Part shown: positions 56,633 to 64,000 of the stretch, one piece after another | How positions within the stretch are numbered: position 1 is the first letter of the stretch | Layout of the letters: each line of letters begins with the position of its first letter | NCBI GenBank assembly: GCA_041651155.1 | Contig: JBAZJU010000001.1 | Coordinates: forward strand, 91,932 to 155,931 | DNA: 64,000 nucleotides | Reading direction: 5' to 3' | Source of the DNA: Patescibacteria group bacterium | GTDB taxonomy: Bacteria; Patescibacteriota; Patescibacteriia; CAIXNZ01 | Program-made: the position numbers and the translations under genes | The notes under the pieces: generated by a model | What the model was told of the DNA's origin: nothing | Database searches by the model: none | What the model saw: only the letters and a program-made list of their open reading frames with translations

Positions 56633-58267
56633 ATGCGTAAAATCATTTTCTTATTTTTGATTTCATTAATTTTAGTTGTGCCTCAAGCTAAGGCATTTCA
56701 GTCCAATGCTATTGTTAATAATGGCGCGCCTTATACGACTTTTTACCGCGGTACTTTTGATGATTTGGTCATGGATTTCAGCTTAATTACTCTAAATGCC
56801 GATACGGTTAAGGCAATTTCTTTAAAAAATTTAGGCACTTCCAGCTACTTGCGCGATATAACATATATGAAATTGTGGGCTGATGAAGGGCCGCTTGGGT
56901 TCCAGGGCATGGGCATTGACCGCGAAATCGGGACTCTGAGCTATTCAACGACATACTTGTCTTGGTCAATTGAAAACCTTAACGAAATAATCAATACAAG
57001 TGAAAGATTTTTTATCTCAGTGGAAACTTATTCCAGTTTGAGTGCTTCAACCACCATTCATATGCAGATTCCTATTTTAACGGATAATAACAATAATGGC
57101 AGCTATGATGCCGGCGACTTTGGCATTTTTATGGATTCTGGCAATAATGGACCGACTGATGTGAACATTGATAATGCCAATACACAAGTAACCAGCACCT
57201 CGTCAGTTGATAGCTTGACGCCAAAAGTGATTTTAGCAAATTTGAATGATGGCGCGATTTTAACAAATGATAATTTTATTATCAACGGTTTGGTGCGTGA
57301 TCAGGGCAATACTTATCTGCAAACATTCCAGATAATTATTGATGATCAGGCAATCAGCATTGATAATTACGATCAGTTTAACTATACCTGGAATTATAAT
57401 TGGCAGAATATCAGCGATGGAAAACATACAGTGAGTGTTTTGGCGCGCGATGGCTGGGGCAATACTACCCAGACCAATCCATTAACGATTACTGTGAATA
57501 AGCAGCTATTTTCAGTTGCAAATTCAGCAGCGACAATTGATAAGTCAGGGATTAAAAATGACGGTTTGGATAAGGCCACGGTCACTGTAATTATCAAAGA
57601 TCAAAACAATCTGCCAATAGCGAATCGTCAGATAACAGTGGAAACGAGTTCGGATGTGATTATTTCCAATCCGACTAATAATTCTGATGCAAGCGGGAAA
57701 ATTGTTTTTGAAGTAAGATCCACCGCTTTAGGCCTGAAAACAATAGCAGTTAAGGTTGCTGATACGCTTTTGCAGACTTTAACTTTAAACGTTAATACGG
57801 GAATTCAGCCTGCTTTTGGCCTTAATTTTGGGGATTTAATCAAAGCCTCAACTCCGGCTGTTTATTATTACGGGGCTGATGGCAAAAGATATGTTTTTCC
57901 CAATTTAAAAACATATTTGACCTGGTATAATGATTTTTCTGGAGTTAAAGCAATTACTGATGAACAGCTCGGACAAATTACAATCGGCGGGAATGTGACA
58001 TATCGTCCGGGAGTTAAACTTGTTAAAATTACTACTGATCCAAAAGTTTACGCCATAGACAGCCATGGAACTTTGCGCTGGATTACCTCTGAGCAACTGG
58101 CTATCCAGCTGTATGGCGCTAAATGGAATACACTGGTTGAGGATGTCTCAGATGCTTTTTTTGTTAATTACTTGACGGGAAACCAGATAAATTCTTTGAG
58201 TGATTTTAGTCCGGTTGATGTTAAAAATGCGGCTGGTACGATTAATATTGATAAGGGGTTATTATAG
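56633..58267 (+). CDS. Secreted protein with bacterial Ig-like (Big_1-type) domains and the C-terminal shared domain
   Basis: A signal peptide. KATVTVIIKDQNNLPIANRQITVETSS...GKIVFEVRSTALG is Big-like. The C-terminus reads GDLIKASTPAVYYYGADGKRYVFPN.... Confidence 0.6.
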   Translation: MRKIIFLFLISLILVVPQAKAFQSNAIVNNGAPYTTFYRGTFDDLVMDFSLITLNADTVKAISLKNLGTSSYLRDITYMKLWADEGPLGFQGMGIDREIGTLSYSTTYLSWSIENLNEIINTSERFFISVETYSSLSASTTIHMQIPILTDNNNNGSYDAGDFGIFMDSGNNGPTDVNIDNANTQVTSTSSVDSLTPKVILANLNDGAILTNDNFIINGLVRDQGNTYLQTFQIIIDDQAISIDNYDQFNYTWNYNWQNISDGKHTVSVLARDGWGNTTQTNPLTITVNKQLFSVANSAATIDKSGIKNDGLDKATVTVIIKDQNNLPIANRQITVETSSDVIISNPTNNSDASGKIVFEVRSTALGLKTIAVKVADTLLQTLTLNVNTGIQPAFGLNFGDLIKASTPAVYYYGADGKRYVFPNLKTYLTWYNDFSGVKAITDEQLGQITIGGNVTYRPGVKLVKITTDPKVYAIDSHGTLRWITSEQLAIQLYGAKWNTLVEDVSDAFFVNYLTGNQINSLSDFSPVDVKNAAGTINIDKGLL

Positions 58268-58322
58268 AATTTTAAATTTTAAATTTTAAATTTTAAGTCA
58301 ATTTTAAATAGTTTAATTATAA

Positions 58323-59888
58323 ATGAAGAAGTTTCAATTCATTATTGGTCTTTTAATATCCAGCCTTTTAGTGGGCAGTTTTGCTTTTGCGCAGGAATTA
58401 TTGCCAAATGATCCATATTATAGCCGGCAATGGTATTTGGAAAAATTAAACCTGCCCCAAATCTGGGCGCAGGAAACCGGCTCAAAAAATGTAATTATCG
58501 CAGTCATTGATTCTGGCATTGATGTTTCACACCCTGATTTGCATGATAATATCTGGGTTAATCAAAAGGAAATCCTAGGCGATGGCATTGATAATGACCA
58601 TAATGGCTATATTGATGATATTAGCGGCTGGGACTTTATAAATAATAGCAATGATCCTTCGCCCAAATATGATGTTAGTTGCTTGCAAAATAACACTTGC
58701 ACTGAAGACGGCATTTTTCACGGCACATTTGTGGCCGGGGTGGCTGCGGCTGTCGGCAATAATGGCATTGGCACAACAGGGGTTGCTTGGAATGTAAAAA
58801 TAATGCCGCTGAGAGTGCTGAATGAAAATGGCAGCGGCAATACTGTAGACGTGGTTAAAGCTATTGAATATGCGATTAATAATGGCGCCAACATCATTAA
58901 TTTAAGTTTTGTCGGCGACACATATGATTTAGCTTTAGAACAGGCATTGGTCAACGCTTATCAAAAGGGATTAGTGATAGTGGCTGCTTCTGGCAATGAA
59001 AATCAGGCTGGCCAGGCAATTAATTTAGATTTAACTAAAATGTACCCAGTCTGCCATCAAGGTCCTGGCGGCCAAAGAATATTACTTGGCGTGGGCGCAA
59101 CAGACATTTTTAAAAAAATAACCGAGTTTTCCAATTACGGCTCAAGCTGTGTTGATATCATGGCGCCTGGCAGAGATTTTTTTGGCACCCTGGTCTATAA
59201 TCCTCAGGTGAGCAGTTTTAATCAATATTATGGCGGTAATTTTTCCGGCACTTCTTTGGCTGCGCCTGTTGTTTCAGGCGTGGCCGCTTTAATAAAATCA
59301 TATAAGCCGGAATTGACCAACCAGCAGATCATGGATGCAATTAATAAGAATGCTGAAAATATTGATGCGCTAAATCCTGCCTTTGTAGGGAAAATGGGCA
59401 ATGGCTTGATAGATCCGGTTAAAATTTTTCAGAATTTGAAAATGTCTGTAATTAACAGCCAATTGATCAAGGGTTCCACGGCTGCAATTTATTATTTAGG
59501 CAGTGATGGCAAACGCTATACTTTCCCGGATCAAAAGGTTTTTTTTAGCTGGTATGACAGCTTTAAGGGCATTAAACAAATTTCCGATCGGGAATTGTCT
59601 GATTTTACACTGGGAGGAATCGTAACTTACAGGCCAGGCGCAATGGTTAAAATTCAAACTGATCCAAAAGTGTATGCAGTAACCCAGGGCGGTATTCTAA
59701 GATGGATTAAAAATGAAACAATAGTCCAGGCATTGTATGGCAATGTTTGGGCGCAATTAATTTTTGATGTGCCAGATTCTTATTTTGCTATTTATAAAAT
59801 TGGCGCTGACATAAATAGCGCGCTAGATTTCAATCCTGTCATAGAGAAAAATAATGTACCTTCAATTGATATAGATAAGAGCTTATAA
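58323..59888 (+). CDS. Subtilisin-like serine protease (peptidase S8) with the C-terminal shared domain
   Basis: The catalytic triad contexts are VIAVIDSGID (Asp), HGTFVAGVAAA (His) and GTSLAAPVVSGVAAL (Ser). A signal peptide is present. Confidence 0.85.
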   Translation: MKKFQFIIGLLISSLLVGSFAFAQELLPNDPYYSRQWYLEKLNLPQIWAQETGSKNVIIAVIDSGIDVSHPDLHDNIWVNQKEILGDGIDNDHNGYIDDISGWDFINNSNDPSPKYDVSCLQNNTCTEDGIFHGTFVAGVAAAVGNNGIGTTGVAWNVKIMPLRVLNENGSGNTVDVVKAIEYAINNGANIINLSFVGDTYDLALEQALVNAYQKGLVIVAASGNENQAGQAINLDLTKMYPVCHQGPGGQRILLGVGATDIFKKITEFSNYGSSCVDIMAPGRDFFGTLVYNPQVSSFNQYYGGNFSGTSLAAPVVSGVAALIKSYKPELTNQQIMDAINKNAENIDALNPAFVGKMGNGLIDPVKIFQNLKMSVINSQLIKGSTAAIYYLGSDGKRYTFPDQKVFFSWYDSFKGIKQISDRELSDFTLGGIVTYRPGAMVKIQTDPKVYAVTQGGILRWIKNETIVQALYGNVWAQLIFDVPDSYFAIYKIGADINSALDFNPVIEKNNVPSIDIDKSL

Positions 59889-59901
59889 ATAATATTTTAA
59901 A

Positions 59902-60309
59902 ATGATTATATTTAAAAAGCTTATATATCGGCAATTTTTTAAATTCTGTCTGGTGGGCGCAATTAATACTGTGATTGATTTCTCAGTATATTTATTTTTT
60001 AACCGTGTTCTTGGGCTTTATTTCCTTTACGCGAATATCCTGGCAATTTTAGCGGCCATGACATTTAGTTTCTTTGTTAATAAATATTGGACATTTCAAA
60101 ATAATGAAAAAAAACTGCATACTCAATATCTGAAATTCGCCCTGGTAAATTTGGTTTATTTTTTACTCTATAATTCAATTTTATTCGGCTTAGTTGAATA
60201 TTTTAAGGTTTTTGACCTGGCGGCAAAAATTATTGCCATAATAATCGGCTTATTTTGGAATTTTTTTGCCAATCGCCGCTGGACATTTAGGCCAGCCCCC
60301 AAAATTTAA
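59902..60309 (+). CDS. GtrA family polysaccharide-synthesis membrane protein
   Basis: FFKFCLVGAINTVIDFSVY...NKYWTF. Four TM helices, 135 aa. Confidence 0.75.
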   Translation: MIIFKKLIYRQFFKFCLVGAINTVIDFSVYLFFNRVLGLYFLYANILAILAAMTFSFFVNKYWTFQNNEKKLHTQYLKFALVNLVYFLLYNSILFGLVEYFKVFDLAAKIIAIIIGLFWNFFANRRWTFRPAPKI

Positions 60310-60386
60310 GGGGGCTTTATTTTTATGGTAAACTTTGCTAAAATAGGAATATCAAATTATTTGAATTAACAACTAATTTAAACATT

Positions 60387-61424
60387 ATGGCAAAAGCCAA
60401 AGCTTTATTTGAGAAAAAAAATATTTTAGTACTAGGGGGCGCTGGATTTATTGGCTCACATTTGTGCGATAAATTAGTGCAAAAGAGCAAGGTCATCTGC
60501 TTTGATAATTTTATTTCCGGACAAAGGGAAAATATTGACCATCTTCTGCAAAATGAAAATTTTATTTTTATTAATGATGATATTAATAATCTGACTGATT
60601 TAGAAAAATACAAAGAACTAGAGCGCTTCCAAGTAAAATTTCAGGGCATCCAGGAAATTTATAATTTAGCCTGTCCGACCTCGCCTAAAGATTTTACCAA
60701 GCAGACTGTTTACACTGCCCAGACAAACAGTCTGGGCACAATCCGCGCCTTGGATTTAGCTGTTAAATATAAAGCCAAACTGCTTCATTTCTCATCTTCA
60801 GTGGTTTATGGACCGCGCGGGGGTGAAGATCCTGTGATGAAAGAAAATGTTTATTATCCGCTAAGCCCTTTAACTCCCAGAGGGTGTTATGATGAAGGCA
60901 AGAGATTTGCTGAAACTTTGGTTTATACTTATCGTCAGTTTTATAATATAGATGCCAAAATTTTAAGAATTTTTACCACCTATGGTCCGCGCATGCCGCT
61001 TTTTGTCGGCCACATGATCCCGGATTTTATTGTCGCGGCTTTAGATAATCAACCGCTGATTATTTATGGCGATGAAAATTTTACCACCACCCTTTGTTAC
61101 ATAACAGATGTAATTGACGCTTGCTTTAAAATTATGGCCTCAACCGAGTCTGGCCCGTTTAATATCGGTAACCCAGAAGAATATAAAATTTCAGAGGTTG
61201 CCCAAAAAATATTAAAAATGACTGATTCGGAAGCGGAAATTCATTATGCCGAACCTCTTCTTTTTATGTCGCGTTTAGGTTTGCCAGATATCAGCCTGGC
61301 CAGAGAAAAATTACAGTGGTTTCCGATTACTTTATTAGAGAAAGGCTTGGAGGAAACAGTGGAATATAGCAAAGCCAATAAGGTGATAATTGATTGGAGC
61401 AAAGTTGAAGAAATTAAGGATTAG
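60387..61424 (+). CDS. NAD-dependent epimerase/dehydratase, UDP-glucuronate decarboxylase (UXS)-like
   Basis: The GGAGFIGSHL Rossmann motif, an FDNF.SG..EN pattern, an SSSVVYG catalytic Ser region, and a Y..K motif in the YDEGK context. Confidence 0.7.
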   Translation: MAKAKALFEKKNILVLGGAGFIGSHLCDKLVQKSKVICFDNFISGQRENIDHLLQNENFIFINDDINNLTDLEKYKELERFQVKFQGIQEIYNLACPTSPKDFTKQTVYTAQTNSLGTIRALDLAVKYKAKLLHFSSSVVYGPRGGEDPVMKENVYYPLSPLTPRGCYDEGKRFAETLVYTYRQFYNIDAKILRIFTTYGPRMPLFVGHMIPDFIVAALDNQPLIIYGDENFTTTLCYITDVIDACFKIMASTESGPFNIGNPEEYKISEVAQKILKMTDSEAEIHYAEPLLFMSRLGLPDISLAREKLQWFPITLLEKGLEETVEYSKANKVIIDWSKVEEIKD

Positions 61425-61492
61425 GATTAAATATTATGCATTAAGTAGAATATTTAAAAGGGTAGAGGGTTGGCTCTATCCTTTTGTGAAGT

Positions 61493-62539
61493 ATGAAAAA
61501 AGTAGCAATCATTATTGTAAATTATAACGGTTTAGAATACTTATCAGCTTGTTTGACGAGTTTATTGAGTTTGGATTATCCAAAAGAAGATTATAAAGTT
61601 TTTTTTGTTGATAATGCCTCAATAGACAGTTCGGTTGATTTTGTTAGAAATAATTTTCCGCAGGCTGAAATTATTATTAATAATGAAAATTTAGGTTTTG
61701 CCGAAGGTAATAATATTGCCATAAAAAAGGCTCTGGCTGAAAACTTTGACTTTGTTCTTTTGATTAATCAGGATACGATTTCTGAACCTGATTTTTTAAA
61801 AAAGTTAGTTGAAGAAACAGCCAAGGCAGAAGATATTGGAGCGGTTCAGCCGCGCATCATGTTGTATCCCGAAAAAGATAAGGTTAATTCTTTGGGTAAT
61901 TCAATCCATTATTTAGGTTTTGGTTTTTCCAGCGGCGGTTATCAGAAATTTGCCGGCAATTTAGAGCTAAAAGAAATCGCCTATGCCAGCGGAGCCGCGG
62001 TTTTAATTAAAACAAATGTGCTGAAAAAAATCGGGCTTTTTGACCCTGATTTTTTTATGTACCATGAAGATTTAGATTTGGGCTGGCGCATGCGCTTGGC
62101 AGGATATAAAATTTTAGTGGTGCCTCAAGCTGTTATTTATCATAAATATGAATTTAGCAAAAGCATAAAGAAGTATTATTTTATGGAACGCAATCGCTTT
62201 ATTTGCCTTTTGGAAAATTATAAGCCGGGAACTTTGATTTTAATTTTTCCTGCCTGGCTGGCAATGGAAATCGGTTTGTTTTTGTTTTCACTTAAGTCAG
62301 GGTTTTGGAAAGAGAAATTGAGGGCTTATGGGTATTTTTTTAAATTTTCTGCGTGGCAGAAAATTGGAAGGGTAAGAAGGGAAAGAAGGGTAAAAAGGGT
62401 AAAAGGGGATAAGGAAATTGTGGAATTATTTACAGGCAAGATTGAATTTCAGGAATTAGATAGCTGGCTTTTAAATAAAGTTGTAAATCCCATCTTTAAT
62501 TTGTATTGGCAAGTAATTAAAAGTTTGATAATTTGGTAG
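61493..62539 (+). CDS. glycosyltransferase family 2
   Basis: VAIIIVNYNGLEYL...FFVDNAS... DxD-like region, a GT-A fold and C-terminal TM helices. Confidence 0.8.
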   Translation: MKKVAIIIVNYNGLEYLSACLTSLLSLDYPKEDYKVFFVDNASIDSSVDFVRNNFPQAEIIINNENLGFAEGNNIAIKKALAENFDFVLLINQDTISEPDFLKKLVEETAKAEDIGAVQPRIMLYPEKDKVNSLGNSIHYLGFGFSSGGYQKFAGNLELKEIAYASGAAVLIKTNVLKKIGLFDPDFFMYHEDLDLGWRMRLAGYKILVVPQAVIYHKYEFSKSIKKYYFMERNRFICLLENYKPGTLILIFPAWLAMEIGLFLFSLKSGFWKEKLRAYGYFFKFSAWQKIGRVRRERRVKRVKGDKEIVELFTGKIEFQELDSWLLNKVVNPIFNLYWQVIKSLIIW

Positions 62540-62632
62540 TAGATACAAATTTACAAATTAACTATAAATTATTACAAATATTCAGAAACCAATTCGTAGT
62601 TATATGTATCTGATTTGTAGATTTGTAACAAT
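62506..62632. repeat. 127-bp direct repeat, copy 1 (covers the GT2 stop codon and intergenic region); copy 2 at 62936-63062
   Basis: The copies differ at two positions. A diverged third remnant of the GT2 3' end (encoding NLYWRVVKLFIFW*) lies at 62640-62700. Confidence 0.75.
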
Positions 62633-62684
62633 AAAAAAATCGCCAATCCAGTTTTTAACTTGTATTGGCGAGTGGTGAAGCTTT

Positions 62685-62879
62685 TTATTTTTTGGTAATT
62701 TTTTCTCCAGGTGAATTGCAGTCCCAGGAAAAATTGCATTCTGTGCAGGTAACTGCAACTTTATTAGGAATTTTAATAGCAGCCGGTTTCCCGCATTTTA
62801 GGCAAATATTTGTTTCTCCTGTCATAACATGGGCTGCCCAAATTTGAACATCCTTATCTGATGGATTCTTGTCCGCCAT
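62685..62879 (-). CDS. Small zinc-ribbon protein (CxxC...CxxC) inserted between the direct repeats
   Basis: CLKCGKP...CTEC, 64 aa. Confidence 0.4.
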   Translation of the reverse strand: MADKNPSDKDVQIWAAHVMTGETNICLKCGKPAAIKIPNKVAVTCTECNFSWDCNSPGEKITKK

Positions 62880-62935
62880 TTAAACCTCCTTGATTTTTGT
62901 TTCAGCTTAACAATTTTATGTATGAAAGTCAAGGG

Positions 62936-63062
62936 TTGGCAAGTAATTAAAAGTTTGATAATTTGGTAGTAGATACAAATTTACAAATTAACTACAAATT
63001 ATTACAAATATTCAGAAACCAATTCGTAGTTATATGTATCTGATTTGTATATTTGTAACAAT
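62936..63062. repeat. 127-bp direct repeat, copy 2, ending immediately before the ATG of the downstream GT4 gene
   Basis: See copy 1. Confidence 0.75.
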
Positions 63063-64000
63063 ATGAAAATAGCCCAAGTCGTCTGCAGATTTAAACCATA
63101 CAAAGGCGGCATCAGCAATGTAGCTTATGACCAGTCTTTGGGTTTAGCTAAATTAGGACATGAAGTTACGGTTTTTACTCCTTTATATAATGTTAAAGAT
63201 AATAATTTTACTGCGCCTGAATTTAAAATAACACGATTAATCCCCTGGGGAAAAATTGGCAATGGCGCGTTTTTGCCTCAGCTTTTTTGGCAATTGAAAA
63301 ATTTTGACATTGTTCATTTGCATTACCCATTTTTTGGCGGGGCTGAAATTGTCTGGCTCTTAAAGCTGGTTAAAGGTGCAAAAATGAAATTAGTAATTAA
63401 TTATCAGATGGATGTAATTGGCGGCATATTCATGAAACCTTTTTTTAAATTCCACACCAGATTTATTATGCCGCACATTATTAAAGCAGCTGATAAAGTC
63501 ATTGTCTCTTCCATGGATTATGCGCAAAATTCAAATATAAAAGAGCAAGTTGAGAAGAATCCCGCAAAATTTATTGAATTGCCGCCAAGTGTTGATTTGG
63601 AAAGATTTATTCCAGCGCCAAAAACCAAAGATCTTTTGTATAAATATGGTATTCACCCGGAATTTGACCGCATTTTGCTTTTTGTCGGCGCATTAGATAA
63701 AGCCCACTATTTTAAAGGCATTGATTTTTTAATCAATTCATTTAATGTTTTAGATTATTCTGGCAGCCAAGATGCAATCTATAGGATTAAACTTTTAATT
63801 GTTGGCGAGGGCAATTTAAAGCCAAAATATCAAGAAGAGGTCGCTAAAGCAGGAGAGCAAGGTAAAATTATTTTTGCTGATCCAGTTTCAGATTTAGATC
63901 TGCCCAAGTATTATAATTTGGCAGATGTAGTAATCTTACCTTCTATTGACCGTTCAGAAGCATTTGGCATAACCTTGATTGAAGCCATGGCTTGCGCCAA
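63063..64000 (+). CDS. Glycosyltransferase family 4 (5' partial, runs off the window); not in the ORF track because no stop codon lies within the window
   Basis: MKIAQVVCRFKPYKGGISNVAYDQSLGLAKLGHEVTVFTP... and a later SEAFGITLIEAMACA EX7E-type motif. Confidence 0.7.
   Translation, partial: MKIAQVVCRFKPYKGGISNVAYDQSLGLAKLGHEVTVFTPLYNVKDNNFTAPEFKITRLIPWGKIGNGAFLPQLFWQLKNFDIVHLHYPFFGGAEIVWLLKLVKGAKMKLVINYQMDVIGGIFMKPFFKFHTRFIMPHIIKAADKVIVSSMDYAQNSNIKEQVEKNPAKFIELPPSVDLERFIPAPKTKDLLYKYGIHPEFDRILLFVGALDKAHYFKGIDFLINSFNVLDYSGSQDAIYRIKLLIVGEGNLKPKYQEEVAKAGEQGKIIFADPVSDLDLPKYYNLADVVILPSIDRSEAFGITLIEAMACA

Noticed and set aside
58268-58322. Tandem aattttaa x4 upstream of the subtilisin gene
   Set aside because: Simple AT-rich microsatellite-like leader. 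No evidence of function beyond being AT-rich promoter DNA.
62665-62847. 60-aa + strand ORF inside the direct-repeat insert
   Set aside because: It is the diverged remnant of the GT2 C-terminus plus read-through. It is antisense to the more plausible zinc-ribbon ORF.
1-64000. CRISPR arrays, rRNA genes, prophage structural modules
   Set aside because: No regularly spaced direct repeats with unique spacers, no rRNA-like conserved blocks, and no capsid, terminase or portal-like ORFs were seen.

Overview
This is an AT-rich, gene-dense bacterial contig, mostly on the + strand, with the gene repertoire typical of a small-genome Patescibacteria/CPR-like organism: three four-helix-bundle (23S-IVS-type) protein genes, a GxxExxY protein, DUF4870, weak Shine-Dalgarno sites and giant G/T/A/S-rich surface proteins.

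Housekeeping genes I can support:
- pyruvate kinase, PEP synthase and glucose-6-P isomerase
- lgt
- a GIY-YIG gene followed by infC, rpmI and rplT on the - strand
- tmRNA (ssrA) next to smpB
- tRNA-Asp
- a cyclophilin, a LysE exporter and an AI-2E transporter

The most unusual content is in four places.

1. A 2383-aa secreted protein (3582-10733) with eight copies of a ~150-aa repeat carrying a conserved Cys-pair motif, and a phage-tail-fibre-like N-terminus.

2. A surface-protein island (47459-59888) holding two S-layer-like paralogs, an Ig-like protein and a subtilisin.
- All four, plus a fifth protein at 12751, share an undescribed ~125-aa targeting domain.
- An ECF sigma/anti-sigma pair sits just upstream.
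- The island is interrupted by an insertion with HicB-HicA, MNT-HEPN, HicB plus a frameshifted hicA, and an IS200/RAYT-type transposase with REP-like hairpins.

3. A 33-nt stretch of the frameshifted hicA that is identical to, and therefore antisense-complementary to, an internal segment of the tmRNA gene 23 kb away.

4. A recurring intergenic triple-palindrome element with compensatory stem changes (3 copies), embedded in the A/C-rich inverted low-complexity repeats that flank the four-helix-bundle genes like 23S rRNA intervening sequences.

A cell-surface polysaccharide cluster spans 35323-43828 and resumes at 59902 after the surface-protein island, running past 64000. It encodes Wzz-like, radical SAM, Wzy/O-antigen-ligase-like, acetyltransferase, methyltransferase, GT4 x4, GtrA, UXS-like and GT2 proteins. 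It contains a nested 127-bp duplication with an inserted zinc-ribbon ORF.

Four smaller anomalies are also reported:
- a GC-rich orphan small membrane-protein gene with textbook promoter and terminator
- two GC-rich structured non-coding elements
- a C10 homopolymer frameshift
- an antisense HTH gene with a palindromic operator inside the glycan cluster

No CRISPR array and no rRNA were found. All calls rest on motif recognition by eye; no searches were run.
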